From contig JAYUXA010000217.1 of assembly GCA_043753245.1 (NCBI GenBank), positions 1 through 37,997 on the forward strand: a DNA stretch of 37,997 nucleotides, in the 5' to 3' direction. Source of the DNA: Chitinophagaceae bacterium (GTDB lineage: Bacteria; Bacteroidota; Bacteroidia; Chitinophagales; Chitinophagaceae). Positions 9,288-17,197 of the stretch are shown here, piece after piece (position 1 is the first letter of the stretch; every line of letters starts with the position of its first letter). The translations under genes were made by a program, and so were the position numbers. Under the pieces are notes generated by a model that ran no database searches, was not told the origin of the DNA, and saw only the letters and a list, made by a program, of their open reading frames with translations.

Positions 9288-10679
9288 ATGTCAACCAGTA
9301 CTGTATCCGGCTCTTCCAGCGCTCAGCGATTGATTCCCAGGCCACGGCTTTCCGTGACTCAGATCGTAAATATGAGTGTAGGATTTCTTGGTATCCAGTT
9401 CGGTTTCGCATTGCAGAATTCCAATGCAAGCGGCATTCTGCGAAATTACGGAGCGGATGTCGAACATCTTTCCTGGTTTTGGATAGCTGCACCACTTATC
9501 GGAATGATCGTACAGCCGCTCGTTGGATACTATAGCGACCGGACATGGAACAGGCTGGGCAGGAGAAAGCCGTATTTTCTTGCCGGAGCTATATTGTCAG
9601 CCAGTGCACTCGTGCTGATGCCCAATGCTGCTATTTTAGGAAGCATAGCACCGTTGGTACTTATAGGAGCGGGTTTTCTAATGGTAATGGACGCTTGTTT
9701 TAACCTGGCAATGGAACCTTTCCGGGCACTGGTGGCCGATAATTTACCGGACAGTCAAAGAACACTGGGCTTCTCTATACAGACCTTTCTGATCGGCGTA
9801 GGAGCTGTAGCCGGTTCCTGGCTGCCTTATATCCTGCACGAATGGTTTGGGATAGCCCAGAATGCGCCTCCAGGTGTGGTGGGCAATAACGTGAAGTATG
9901 CTTTTTATATCGGCGCAGCCATCTTTATCATCAGTATTTTATGGACCGTATTTAAAACCAAAGAATACAATCCCCAGGAATATTCCCGTTATCATGGCAG
10001 CATAAATCATAGTGCAGAAGGATTGAAATCAATTTTCAGTGATTTTGCGAAGATGCCGGTTACGATGAAACAATTAGGACTCGTGCAGTTTTTCAGTTGG
10101 TTTGCACTTTTTGGAATGTGGGTTTACACAACAGATACGATAGCAACGCATATCTTTAAATTGCCGGTAACGGATAAGAGTTCAGGAATGTACAGGGAAG
10201 CCCAGAGCTGGACGGGAATAATATTTGGTGTATACAATCTGGTTTCCGCCTTATACGCCCTTGCACTGCCTGCAATTGCTTCCAGGATAGGCAGAAAACA
10301 AACACATGCCTTTTCTCTGCTGATAGGAGGTATCGGGCTTCTTTCCATTTATTTTGCTCCCAATAAAGAATTCCTGATCTTATCCATGTCTTGTATAGGT
10401 ATAGCCTGGGCCAGTATTCTTTCTATGCCTTATGTGCTTTTATCCGGAGCGATCCCTGCCGGAAAAATGGGTATTTACATGGGAATATTTAATTTTTTTA
10501 TAACTATCCCGCAAATTATAAATGGAATCGTTGGTGGTCCGGTCGTTAAGAATATTTATAACAATCAACCGGTATATGCACTCGTGCTTTCCGGAATTTT
10601 TATGTTGTGCGCAGCTGTAAGTGTAATTTATGTGTATGATCCGGCAAAGGATAAATTAAAAGAAGTTCAAATAATCTGA
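9288..10679 (+). CDS. MFS/GPH-type glycoside (sucrose/maltose-like, SLC45-style) transporter
   Basis: The 463 aa, ~12-TM protein has YYSDRTWNRLGRRKPY, the R-x-G-R-R style loop typical of the GPH/SLC45 sucrose-maltose symporter group. It is embedded between glgC and glgB with 5 nt and 1 nt spacers. Confidence 0.7.
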   Translation: MSTSTVSGSSSAQRLIPRPRLSVTQIVNMSVGFLGIQFGFALQNSNASGILRNYGADVEHLSWFWIAAPLIGMIVQPLVGYYSDRTWNRLGRRKPYFLAGAILSASALVLMPNAAILGSIAPLVLIGAGFLMVMDACFNLAMEPFRALVADNLPDSQRTLGFSIQTFLIGVGAVAGSWLPYILHEWFGIAQNAPPGVVGNNVKYAFYIGAAIFIISILWTVFKTKEYNPQEYSRYHGSINHSAEGLKSIFSDFAKMPVTMKQLGLVQFFSWFALFGMWVYTTDTIATHIFKLPVTDKSSGMYREAQSWTGIIFGVYNLVSALYALALPAIASRIGRKQTHAFSLLIGGIGLLSIYFAPNKEFLILSMSCIGIAWASILSMPYVLLSGAIPAGKMGIYMGIFNFFITIPQIINGIVGGPVVKNIYNNQPVYALVLSGIFMLCAAVSVIYVYDPAKDKLKEVQII

Positions 10680-10680
10680 C

Positions 10681-12633
10681 ATGAAACGTGCGGAAAAAAA
10701 ATATGAGGACATTCATTTTGTTGATTCCACTAAAGCTGTCTGGAATTATTCGTTGTTTACCGACGAGGATATAAAAAATTTTCAGCAAGGGACCTTGTAC
10801 CGGGCTTATGAATTATTTGGTTCGCATACTCTCACTGTATTAAATAAGGAAGGGTATTATTTTTCTGTATGGGCCCCCAACGCCACTTATATAGCAGTGA
10901 TCGGAAGCTTTAACCAATGGTCTGTTGATGCACATCCTTTGTATGTGCGTCAGGATAATTCTGGTATATGGGAAGGGTTCATCCCGGGTATTTCAAAAGG
11001 AGAGGCGTATAAATACCATATCCATGGTTTTGAGGGAGCCGTAATGGAAAAAGGCGATCCCTATGGTAATCTCTGGGAGCTCCGTCCTGCTACAGCTACC
11101 ATTACCTGGGATCTGGCGCATGAGTGGAACGATCATTCCTGGATGAGGAGGCGTAAGAAGCACAATTCACTTAAAGCACCCTGGAGCGTGTATGAAGTGC
11201 ATCTTGCAAGCTGGATGCGTCCGGATAAAAACAATGAAACGCTGTACAACACCTATGAATTTTTTGCAGAACGCCTGGTGGCCTATGTGAAAGAAATGCA
11301 GTTTACCCATGTAGAACTGATGCCGGTAATGGAACACCCTTTTGACGGAAGCTGGGGTTACCAGGGAACAGGATACTTTGCACCAACTTCCCGTTTTGGT
11401 ACTCCCCAGCAATTCATGAAATTAATAGACGCATTTCACAAAGAGGAGATCGGAGTTATTCTGGACTGGGTACCTTCTCATTTTCCTTACGATGCTCATG
11501 GTCTTTTTATGTTTGATGGAAATCATACCTATGAGTACGCAGATATGCGCAAGGGATTTCATCCGGACTGGAACAGCTATATATTTAATTACAAAAGAGG
11601 AGAAGTTAAATCGTTTTTAATATCTGGTGCCAGGTTTTGGTTTGATCAGTTTCATATAGACGGAATGCGTGTGGATGCGGTGAGCTCCATGCTCAAATTA
11701 AATTATTCAAGGGAAGAAGGAGAGTGGGAACCGAACGAATTTGGCGGAAATGGGAATTTAGAAGCCATTGCATTTATCAGCAATCTTAATGAAACCATTT
11801 ATCGTGATTTTCCGGATGTGCAGATGATTGCCGAAGAAGCAACAGACTGGCCTGGCATCAGCCAGCCTACATTCAGCGGAGGTCTTGGATTTGGAATGAA
11901 ATGGATGATGGGGTGGATGCACGATACCCTTGATTTTTTTAAGACAGAGCCGATCCTCCGCAAAGAGCTGCAGAATAAGTTTTCCTTTAGCATGATGTAT
12001 TTCTATGACGAAAATTTTATGCTGCCTCTCAGCCATGATGAGATCGTGCACGGCAAAAGTCCCATGTTATTTAAAATGCCTGGTGACGACTGGCAAAAAT
12101 TTGCAAACCTGCGCTGTATGTATGCATATATGTTTACGCATCCCGGAGGAAAGTTATTATTTATGGGCAATGAATTCGGAGCTACAACAGAATGGAATTA
12201 TAAAACAGAGCTTCCCTGGGAATTGCTTCAATTTGAGCCGCATAATAAATTGAAGAATTTTGTCAGGGACCTTAACCATTTATTAAGAACTGAACCGGCT
12301 ATGTACGAACGGCAATTTTCGAAAGAAGGCTTTGAATGGATCGACCTGGACCATCGGAACGAATCAGTAGTGGTCTACAAAAGATCAGGAAAAAACCCGG
12401 ACGATGATCTGCTGGTTATCCTTAACCTCACTCCGGTAGCAAGAACAGACTGGAAAATTCATACTACGGGTAAAAAACGCTGGAAAGAAATTTTGAATAG
12501 CGACGATATTCAGTACTGGGGTACGGGAGATGTGTTTAATCCCGATATTCAATATACCCTTGTGGATAAAAAAGAAAAGAAGTATGAAATAAATGTTCAT
12601 CTTCCGCCGTTGGGAGCTTTGGTTCTAAAATAG
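10681..12633 (+). CDS. glgB: 1,4-alpha-glucan branching enzyme (GH13)
   Basis: All four GH13 regions are present: DWVPSHF, GMRVDAVSSM, IAEEATDW and PLSHDEIVHGK. Its length of 650 aa is typical. Confidence 0.95.
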   Translation: MKRAEKKYEDIHFVDSTKAVWNYSLFTDEDIKNFQQGTLYRAYELFGSHTLTVLNKEGYYFSVWAPNATYIAVIGSFNQWSVDAHPLYVRQDNSGIWEGFIPGISKGEAYKYHIHGFEGAVMEKGDPYGNLWELRPATATITWDLAHEWNDHSWMRRRKKHNSLKAPWSVYEVHLASWMRPDKNNETLYNTYEFFAERLVAYVKEMQFTHVELMPVMEHPFDGSWGYQGTGYFAPTSRFGTPQQFMKLIDAFHKEEIGVILDWVPSHFPYDAHGLFMFDGNHTYEYADMRKGFHPDWNSYIFNYKRGEVKSFLISGARFWFDQFHIDGMRVDAVSSMLKLNYSREEGEWEPNEFGGNGNLEAIAFISNLNETIYRDFPDVQMIAEEATDWPGISQPTFSGGLGFGMKWMMGWMHDTLDFFKTEPILRKELQNKFSFSMMYFYDENFMLPLSHDEIVHGKSPMLFKMPGDDWQKFANLRCMYAYMFTHPGGKLLFMGNEFGATTEWNYKTELPWELLQFEPHNKLKNFVRDLNHLLRTEPAMYERQFSKEGFEWIDLDHRNESVVVYKRSGKNPDDDLLVILNLTPVARTDWKIHTTGKKRWKEILNSDDIQYWGTGDVFNPDIQYTLVDKKEKKYEINVHLPPLGALVLK

Positions 12634-12647
12634 ATCCGCGCATCCTT

Positions 12648-13355
12648 ATGAAAGCACTGCTGATTTTACTTTTTGCTGTTAATTTTACTGCCGTTCATTC
12701 GCAGTCATCCTCCTCCTTTTTACTTGGAAAAAAACAATATCAGGAAGAAAATTATGAGGAAGCAATCAAACATTTCACTGCCGCAGCAATAGAAGAACCC
12801 ACCAATGCCCAGGTACCTTACTTTGCAGGCAGAGCATATCTGGATATCAGCAATTATAAACAGGCTGCCGTTTTCCTTGAAAAAGCCATTTCAATGGATT
12901 CCTTAAAATCCAACTGGATATATGAGTGCGGATTGGTTTATTATGCCATCCCCGATTATACCCGGTCTCTGTTATTTATTGAGCTGGCGGGGGCCAGGGG
13001 CTATAAAAAGACCAGCGATTACCTCGAAAATCTTGCCAGCGCATATCTTAATACCAAACAATTCGATAAGGCTGCCGGGGTATTACAAGAAGTGAGTAAG
13101 AAAAAACCATCGGATAAAGAAGTAATGTATCAGCTGGCACAGGCTTATTTCAGCGGAGGCAAATACCAGAAAGCAATCGACACCTGGGATCAGCAATTTG
13201 GACTGGATAAGAATGATGCAGGAGTGTTGTATATGATCGGGCTGGCGTACCAGAAAAAAGGAGATAAACAAAAAGGGCAGCAGCTTTGTGATAAAGCCAT
13301 TGAAATGGATCCTTCTCTGAAAAACAAAAGACAGCAGCTGGGTGGTAATTTGTGA
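12648..13355 (+). CDS. Secreted tetratricopeptide-repeat protein
   Basis: It has an N-terminal signal peptide (MKALLILLFAVNFTAVHSQ). Repeated ~34 aa A/Y/L-patterned units follow (e.g. YEEAIKHFTAA, YKQAAVFLEKAI, YQKAIDTW). Confidence 0.75.
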   Translation: MKALLILLFAVNFTAVHSQSSSSFLLGKKQYQEENYEEAIKHFTAAAIEEPTNAQVPYFAGRAYLDISNYKQAAVFLEKAISMDSLKSNWIYECGLVYYAIPDYTRSLLFIELAGARGYKKTSDYLENLASAYLNTKQFDKAAGVLQEVSKKKPSDKEVMYQLAQAYFSGGKYQKAIDTWDQQFGLDKNDAGVLYMIGLAYQKKGDKQKGQQLCDKAIEMDPSLKNKRQQLGGNL

Positions 13356-13358
13356 GGA

Positions 13359-14234
13359 TTATTTTTTCTTCAAAGTAAAATTTCTGGAAACATTAAATCC
13401 GAAATAAATATCTCCCTTCCCCCAGCTTCCTTGTGTGCGGCCAATAAACTGCGGTTCGGTCATCCCCTGTGAATTGCTGAAAATGAGCTGAAATACATGC
13501 CCCCCCGTTTCGATATCCACCCCAAGCGACAATGAATTTTTCGAGTTGAGTGACTCCAGCTGTCCGTCAGGAACGTACGTATATTCTCCTGTAATGCTCA
13601 TGCGTTTGGTAAGTTTTAACCGGCCCCCGGCGGTTGCCGCAAATACATCATTATTATCCCTGATAGTGGGAACAAGATTAAAATGCAACCACGAAGGTGC
13701 AAACTGTAAAGAAATTTTACTGTTAATTTTCCGCGCTATCAGCACTTGTGAAACATACGTTGTCCTGTATTTTGCATTCAGGTAGGGTTTGCCACCAAAT
13801 TTTAATGTATAATTGGTGATCACTCCTAACAAACTAACACTAACGGGCATGCGCTCCTCTTCAGTTTGTCGAAGCAGTTTGTATTTCAGGTATCCGTCAA
13901 ACGTTTTTTCGAGAGAGCTTCTCCCGATTCCAGCAGCCAGCCGGTCTGTGATTCCGTAATCGAGCCCCAGCCGAAGAGTGGCATTGTCAAGCCCAAAAAA
14001 ATTATAGGAACCGTCATTGATTTTTCCAAACCGGTGCATGATGATAAAATTTAAATCTCCTTTCGCGGGCGACTCAACGGTTTGAGTATTTACAATATGA
14101 GTTGCTTTGAAGGTTGCGCTGATAAAAGCGTTCGATGGCAGCGAAGCAACTTTCAGCAGGCTCAGTAAACTATCCTGTGCCCCGGCTGAAAAATGAATTA
14201 AGACAATGCCTAATGCAATTAATTTTCGAAACAT
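13359..14234 (-). CDS. Outer-membrane beta-barrel protein, DUF5777-like
   Basis: It has a signal peptide (MFRKLIALGIVLIHFSAGAQ) and alternating hydrophobic beta-strand patterning throughout. It ends in barrel-like strands (DIYFGFNVSRNF). The DUF5777 label comes from recollection of the family and was not searched. Confidence 0.55.
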   Translation of the reverse strand: MFRKLIALGIVLIHFSAGAQDSLLSLLKVASLPSNAFISATFKATHIVNTQTVESPAKGDLNFIIMHRFGKINDGSYNFFGLDNATLRLGLDYGITDRLAAGIGRSSLEKTFDGYLKYKLLRQTEEERMPVSVSLLGVITNYTLKFGGKPYLNAKYRTTYVSQVLIARKINSKISLQFAPSWLHFNLVPTIRDNNDVFAATAGGRLKLTKRMSITGEYTYVPDGQLESLNSKNSLSLGVDIETGGHVFQLIFSNSQGMTEPQFIGRTQGSWGKGDIYFGFNVSRNFTLKKK

Positions 14235-14236
14235 AC

Positions 14237-14779
14237 TTATTTGGTTGGTTTAAATTCGATATGGACGTTTACTGTATTTTCCTTTTCAATCTTATCCCTT
14301 ACAATAAATGGAACGGAGATATTATAATCCGCCGGATTGAGTTTAAAAGAGCTTATTGCCGTGATGCTGCCATTTTTTACTGTAAGTGTTCCAGGAATGA
14401 CAACAGGTTTGGCGACGCCGTGTATGGTCAGGTTCCCTTTAACGATTACCGGATACGCGCCTTCTTTGTCCGCGATCATTTCGCCGGAATAACTTCCGGT
14501 GAATGTGGATACAGGGTATTTGTCGCTTTCCAGGTAATTTTCATTAAAGTGCTCCTGCATCAGTTTTCTTTTGAATTCAAATCCTTTTATCTTCATAGTG
14601 AAGGCAATATTTTTCTTTAAAGGATCGATGATAGCAGAAACATTTTTGTTCACTGCATCTATATCTTCCAGAAACGTATGCGAGTGAAAACTGATTTCTC
14701 CGGAGGCAGTAGAATACAATTGACCCCTGACGGTTGTGCAGGCAATCACCAGCAGTATTAGGGAAACAATCTTCCTCAT
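14237..14779 (-). CDS. YceI-family periplasmic lipid/polyisoprenoid-binding protein
   Basis: A signal peptide is followed by a typical YceI layout (ISFHSHT..., FEFKRKLMQEHFNENYLESDKYP, GNLTIHGVAKPV). There is a 2 nt spacer to the downstream gene. Confidence 0.8.
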   Translation of the reverse strand: MRKIVSLILLVIACTTVRGQLYSTASGEISFHSHTFLEDIDAVNKNVSAIIDPLKKNIAFTMKIKGFEFKRKLMQEHFNENYLESDKYPVSTFTGSYSGEMIADKEGAYPVIVKGNLTIHGVAKPVVIPGTLTVKNGSITAISSFKLNPADYNISVPFIVRDKIEKENTVNVHIEFKPTK

Positions 14780-14784
14780 GGGGT

Positions 14785-15162
14785 TTAGTTATTTTTTGTT
14801 CCGTTATTAATCCAGGACCGGATAATGTTGATATTACAGTCCGATAGTTTCGCTCTTCCCTGCGGCATGGCAGAAAATCCATCGGCATGTGCAATTACTC
14901 CAATCAGCTGCCCGTTGTCTGCTTTTATTTTTAAATTGCTGTATCCTTCCAGAATAACACCGTTGCTGCCACCATTGGAAGAAGTTCCATGACAACTGTA
15001 GCAGTTTGCCTGTAGTATCGGCGTTACATTTGCGGCGTATTTCATATTAACAGTATCACAGGAACCACCAGTGGGGGGAGGAGTGATGATGTCTTCGCTT
15101 TTTTTGGAACAAGACAGGGCTATAATTGCCAGGCAGCCTGCCAGGGTATTTAATTTTTTCAT
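14785..15162 (-). CDS. Heme-binding (CXXCH) lipoprotein, PSCyt1-like c-type cytochrome domain
   Basis: It has a lipobox (IIALSC), a single CYSCH heme-attachment motif, and a downstream SAMPQG that could supply a distal Met. The end RSWINNG resembles the Planctomycete-cytochrome-C-type domain. Confidence 0.7.
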   Translation of the reverse strand: MKKLNTLAGCLAIIALSCSKKSEDIITPPPTGGSCDTVNMKYAANVTPILQANCYSCHGTSSNGGSNGVILEGYSNLKIKADNGQLIGVIAHADGFSAMPQGRAKLSDCNINIIRSWINNGTKNN

Positions 15163-15177
15163 TATATATATTTTAGG

Positions 15178-16518
15178 TTATTTGATGGCACGGGTAATGC
15201 CGATATACACTCCTTTGCTGGAGATAGGCATTTTCCCCACACCAATATTTTTAAGTGGCAAATTTATATAAGGTTCAACCCGCACCGACCAGTTGGCTGA
15301 GAGTCCGTAGTCATATCCTGCACTCATATGCATATTTGCAAACAAAGTATTGCCTGATCGCTTATAAGATCGGTATCCTTCGTAATAGGAACCGTTTGAC
15401 ATCGCTCCGTATCTGTAACTTTCTTTCCTCATTATATAAGAAGTGAGCCCTGCAGTAGCAAATAATAAATTTTTTTGGAGATTTATATTGTATCTCACCA
15501 CTACCGGAAATTCGAACATCTCACATACTCCATTGAGGTAATGCACCATTACATTTGGAGGGATATTTGCACCTGATTTATCAAAGTATTTTCCATCCGT
15601 GTAATATTTTTTTCTATCCCATATTGCTCCTGCCTCTACTGCCCAATGTTTATTTATCCTGTATCCTGCAAGCAGGCCTGCACTGTAGCCCATGCTGGTG
15701 AATTTCTGGGATTGGATAGTACTGAAGTCCGGACCCATTAATATTCCGAGGTAAAAACCTTTAATTTTATTTTTTATTTTTTCACGTCGTTTCTTTTCAG
15801 ACTTCCTGCCTACAGCTATTGTATCCCTGCCTTTCCGGGAAGAAAGGGTGACTTCTTCAGTCGTGTATATTGCAGTGGTAGAATCAACTGGTATAGATTC
15901 CTGCTCTTCCCGTGTATTGCTGCTGGTTGTGGGCACAGAAGAAATATTGTCTGCCTTATTTTTTTTTGATTCTTCCCCTGTTGACTGTTCTGTTAATGCA
16001 TATGGTAAATTCAATCCTGGATGTATACTTTTTTTATCCAGGCTTTTCAATTCCGGATGGACGCCTTTCTGATCCAGGCTTTTCAATTCTGGATGCATAC
16101 TTTTTTGATCAAGGCTTTTGAACCCTCTATTTGACTGGACAGCAAGTTCATTAAGGAAACCTGTTTTCTCTTTTGTATTCCGCAACGGATCTACCGGCAG
16201 ATCCGATATACTGTTTCCGCTCTTCTTATTTTTTTCCGAAACATCAGCTGAACTGTTATTCCATTCTTCAATACCGGTTTTAAAGAACTCTCTTCTTCCG
16301 TAATACTCATTCAAACAGTATCCAAGCGGAATTAAAAGCAATAAGAGCAGCCAAAAATAATTCCGGTTTAATTTTCGGAAAGATGATGCCCGTGCTGTCT
16401 CCGTTGCACTGTTCATTTTGAAAAGGACGGCATCCCAGTCAGCACCTTCCGTGCGCAAGGGATATTCTTCCCCGGCTTTTTTAAACACATCATCCATATC
16501 GTTATCTATATACTGCAT
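15178..16518 (-). CDS. Anti-sigma-like single-pass membrane protein with repeat-containing linker and C-terminal porin-like beta-barrel domain
   Basis: Its start overlaps the ECF sigma stop by 13 nt. The product has a ~55 aa N-terminal soluble segment and one TM helix (YFWLLLLLLIPLGYCL). A ~190 aa K/S/E/T-rich linker carries 12-aa tandem repeats. The C-terminal ~190 aa has a beta-strand pattern (YSAGLLAGYRI, WAVEAGAIW, MHMSAGYDYGL, WSVRVEPYINL). Confidence 0.55.
   Translation of the reverse strand: MQYIDNDMDDVFKKAGEEYPLRTEGADWDAVLFKMNSATETARASSFRKLNRNYFWLLLLLLIPLGYCLNEYYGRREFFKTGIEEWNNSSADVSEKNKKSGNSISDLPVDPLRNTKEKTGFLNELAVQSNRGFKSLDQKSMHPELKSLDQKGVHPELKSLDKKSIHPGLNLPYALTEQSTGEESKKNKADNISSVPTTSSNTREEQESIPVDSTTAIYTTEEVTLSSRKGRDTIAVGRKSEKKRREKIKNKIKGFYLGILMGPDFSTIQSQKFTSMGYSAGLLAGYRINKHWAVEAGAIWDRKKYYTDGKYFDKSGANIPPNVMVHYLNGVCEMFEFPVVVRYNINLQKNLLFATAGLTSYIMRKESYRYGAMSNGSYYEGYRSYKRSGNTLFANMHMSAGYDYGLSANWSVRVEPYINLPLKNIGVGKMPISSKGVYIGITRAIK
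16011..16118. repeat. Three tandem copies of a 36-bp unit (in-frame, inside the anti-sigma-like CDS)
   Basis: The units are 16011-16046, 16047-16082 and 16083-16118. Each begins tcaat(c/t)c(t/c)ggatg and ends at(c)(c/a)aggcttt. They encode KSLDQKSMHPEL / KSLDQKGVHPEL / KSLDKKSIHPGL on the minus strand. Confidence 0.9.
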
Positions 16519-17078
16519 ATCTCAGACGCCTCCCGGTCTTTAATATGTTTTTGTAATAAAGTTCGGGCCCTTGATAAATTTGACTTGGAAGTACCCACTG
16601 ATATTCTCAGACTATCCGCTACCTCCTGATGACTCATTCCATCCAGTACGATCATGTTAAAAACGGCCCTGTAAGCAGGCGGCAACTCTTTGACAATGCT
16701 GATCAGCTCTTTGTATAAAAGAGAATGGTCAGGCATCTGTGATGTATCCGGAACGTCCCATACATGATCGGGTATCCCACCTATCTCCGAAATCATATGG
16801 TGCTTTCTGAGTTCGTCAATGGCAGAATTGATCATAATTTTTTTGATCCAACCCATAAAACGCTGCTCCGTGCTGATAGTGTCGTCTGATGTGAATTTCA
16901 CCATGTTGCGGAAGATCTTTACAAATCCATCATTAACCACATCTACCGCCCGGTCATACCTGTAAATGTACCGGAATACGATCTTCAGCGCATACCCATA
17001 GAACCGCTCATACACCAGTTTCTGTTGTGCACTATTGTTCTTTACACAGGCGTCTATACTGTTACGCAGATTATCCAA
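16506..17078 (-). CDS. ECF (sigma-70 family, group 4) RNA polymerase sigma factor
   Basis: Region 2 is present (LVYERFYGYALKIVFRYIYRYDRAVDVVNDGFVKIF). A region 4 helix-turn-helix is present (SHQEVADSLRISVGTSKSNLSRARTLL). The only in-frame start is the TTG at 17078, because a TGA lies two codons upstream. Confidence 0.9.
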   Translation of the reverse strand: MDNLRNSIDACVKNNSAQQKLVYERFYGYALKIVFRYIYRYDRAVDVVNDGFVKIFRNMVKFTSDDTISTEQRFMGWIKKIMINSAIDELRKHHMISEIGGIPDHVWDVPDTSQMPDHSLLYKELISIVKELPPAYRAVFNMIVLDGMSHQEVADSLRISVGTSKSNLSRARTLLQKHIKDREASEICSI

Positions 17079-17197
17079 TGATCAGTTGATATTAATGGAC
17101 TTACCAATTTCCGATAATTAAACCGGATTGTTTAGTATGATTATACGGGATGGTGTAAGATTGGTTGCGTAGGATGCGTCATAGAATAAACAAAGTA

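Noticed and set aside
8815-9495. A 226-aa minus-strand ORF spanning the glgC 3' end and the MFS 5' end.
   Set aside because: It is antisense to two confidently assigned genes and crosses their junction. Its composition is non-protein-like (His/Arg/Cys/Trp-rich), and it has no start context or motif.
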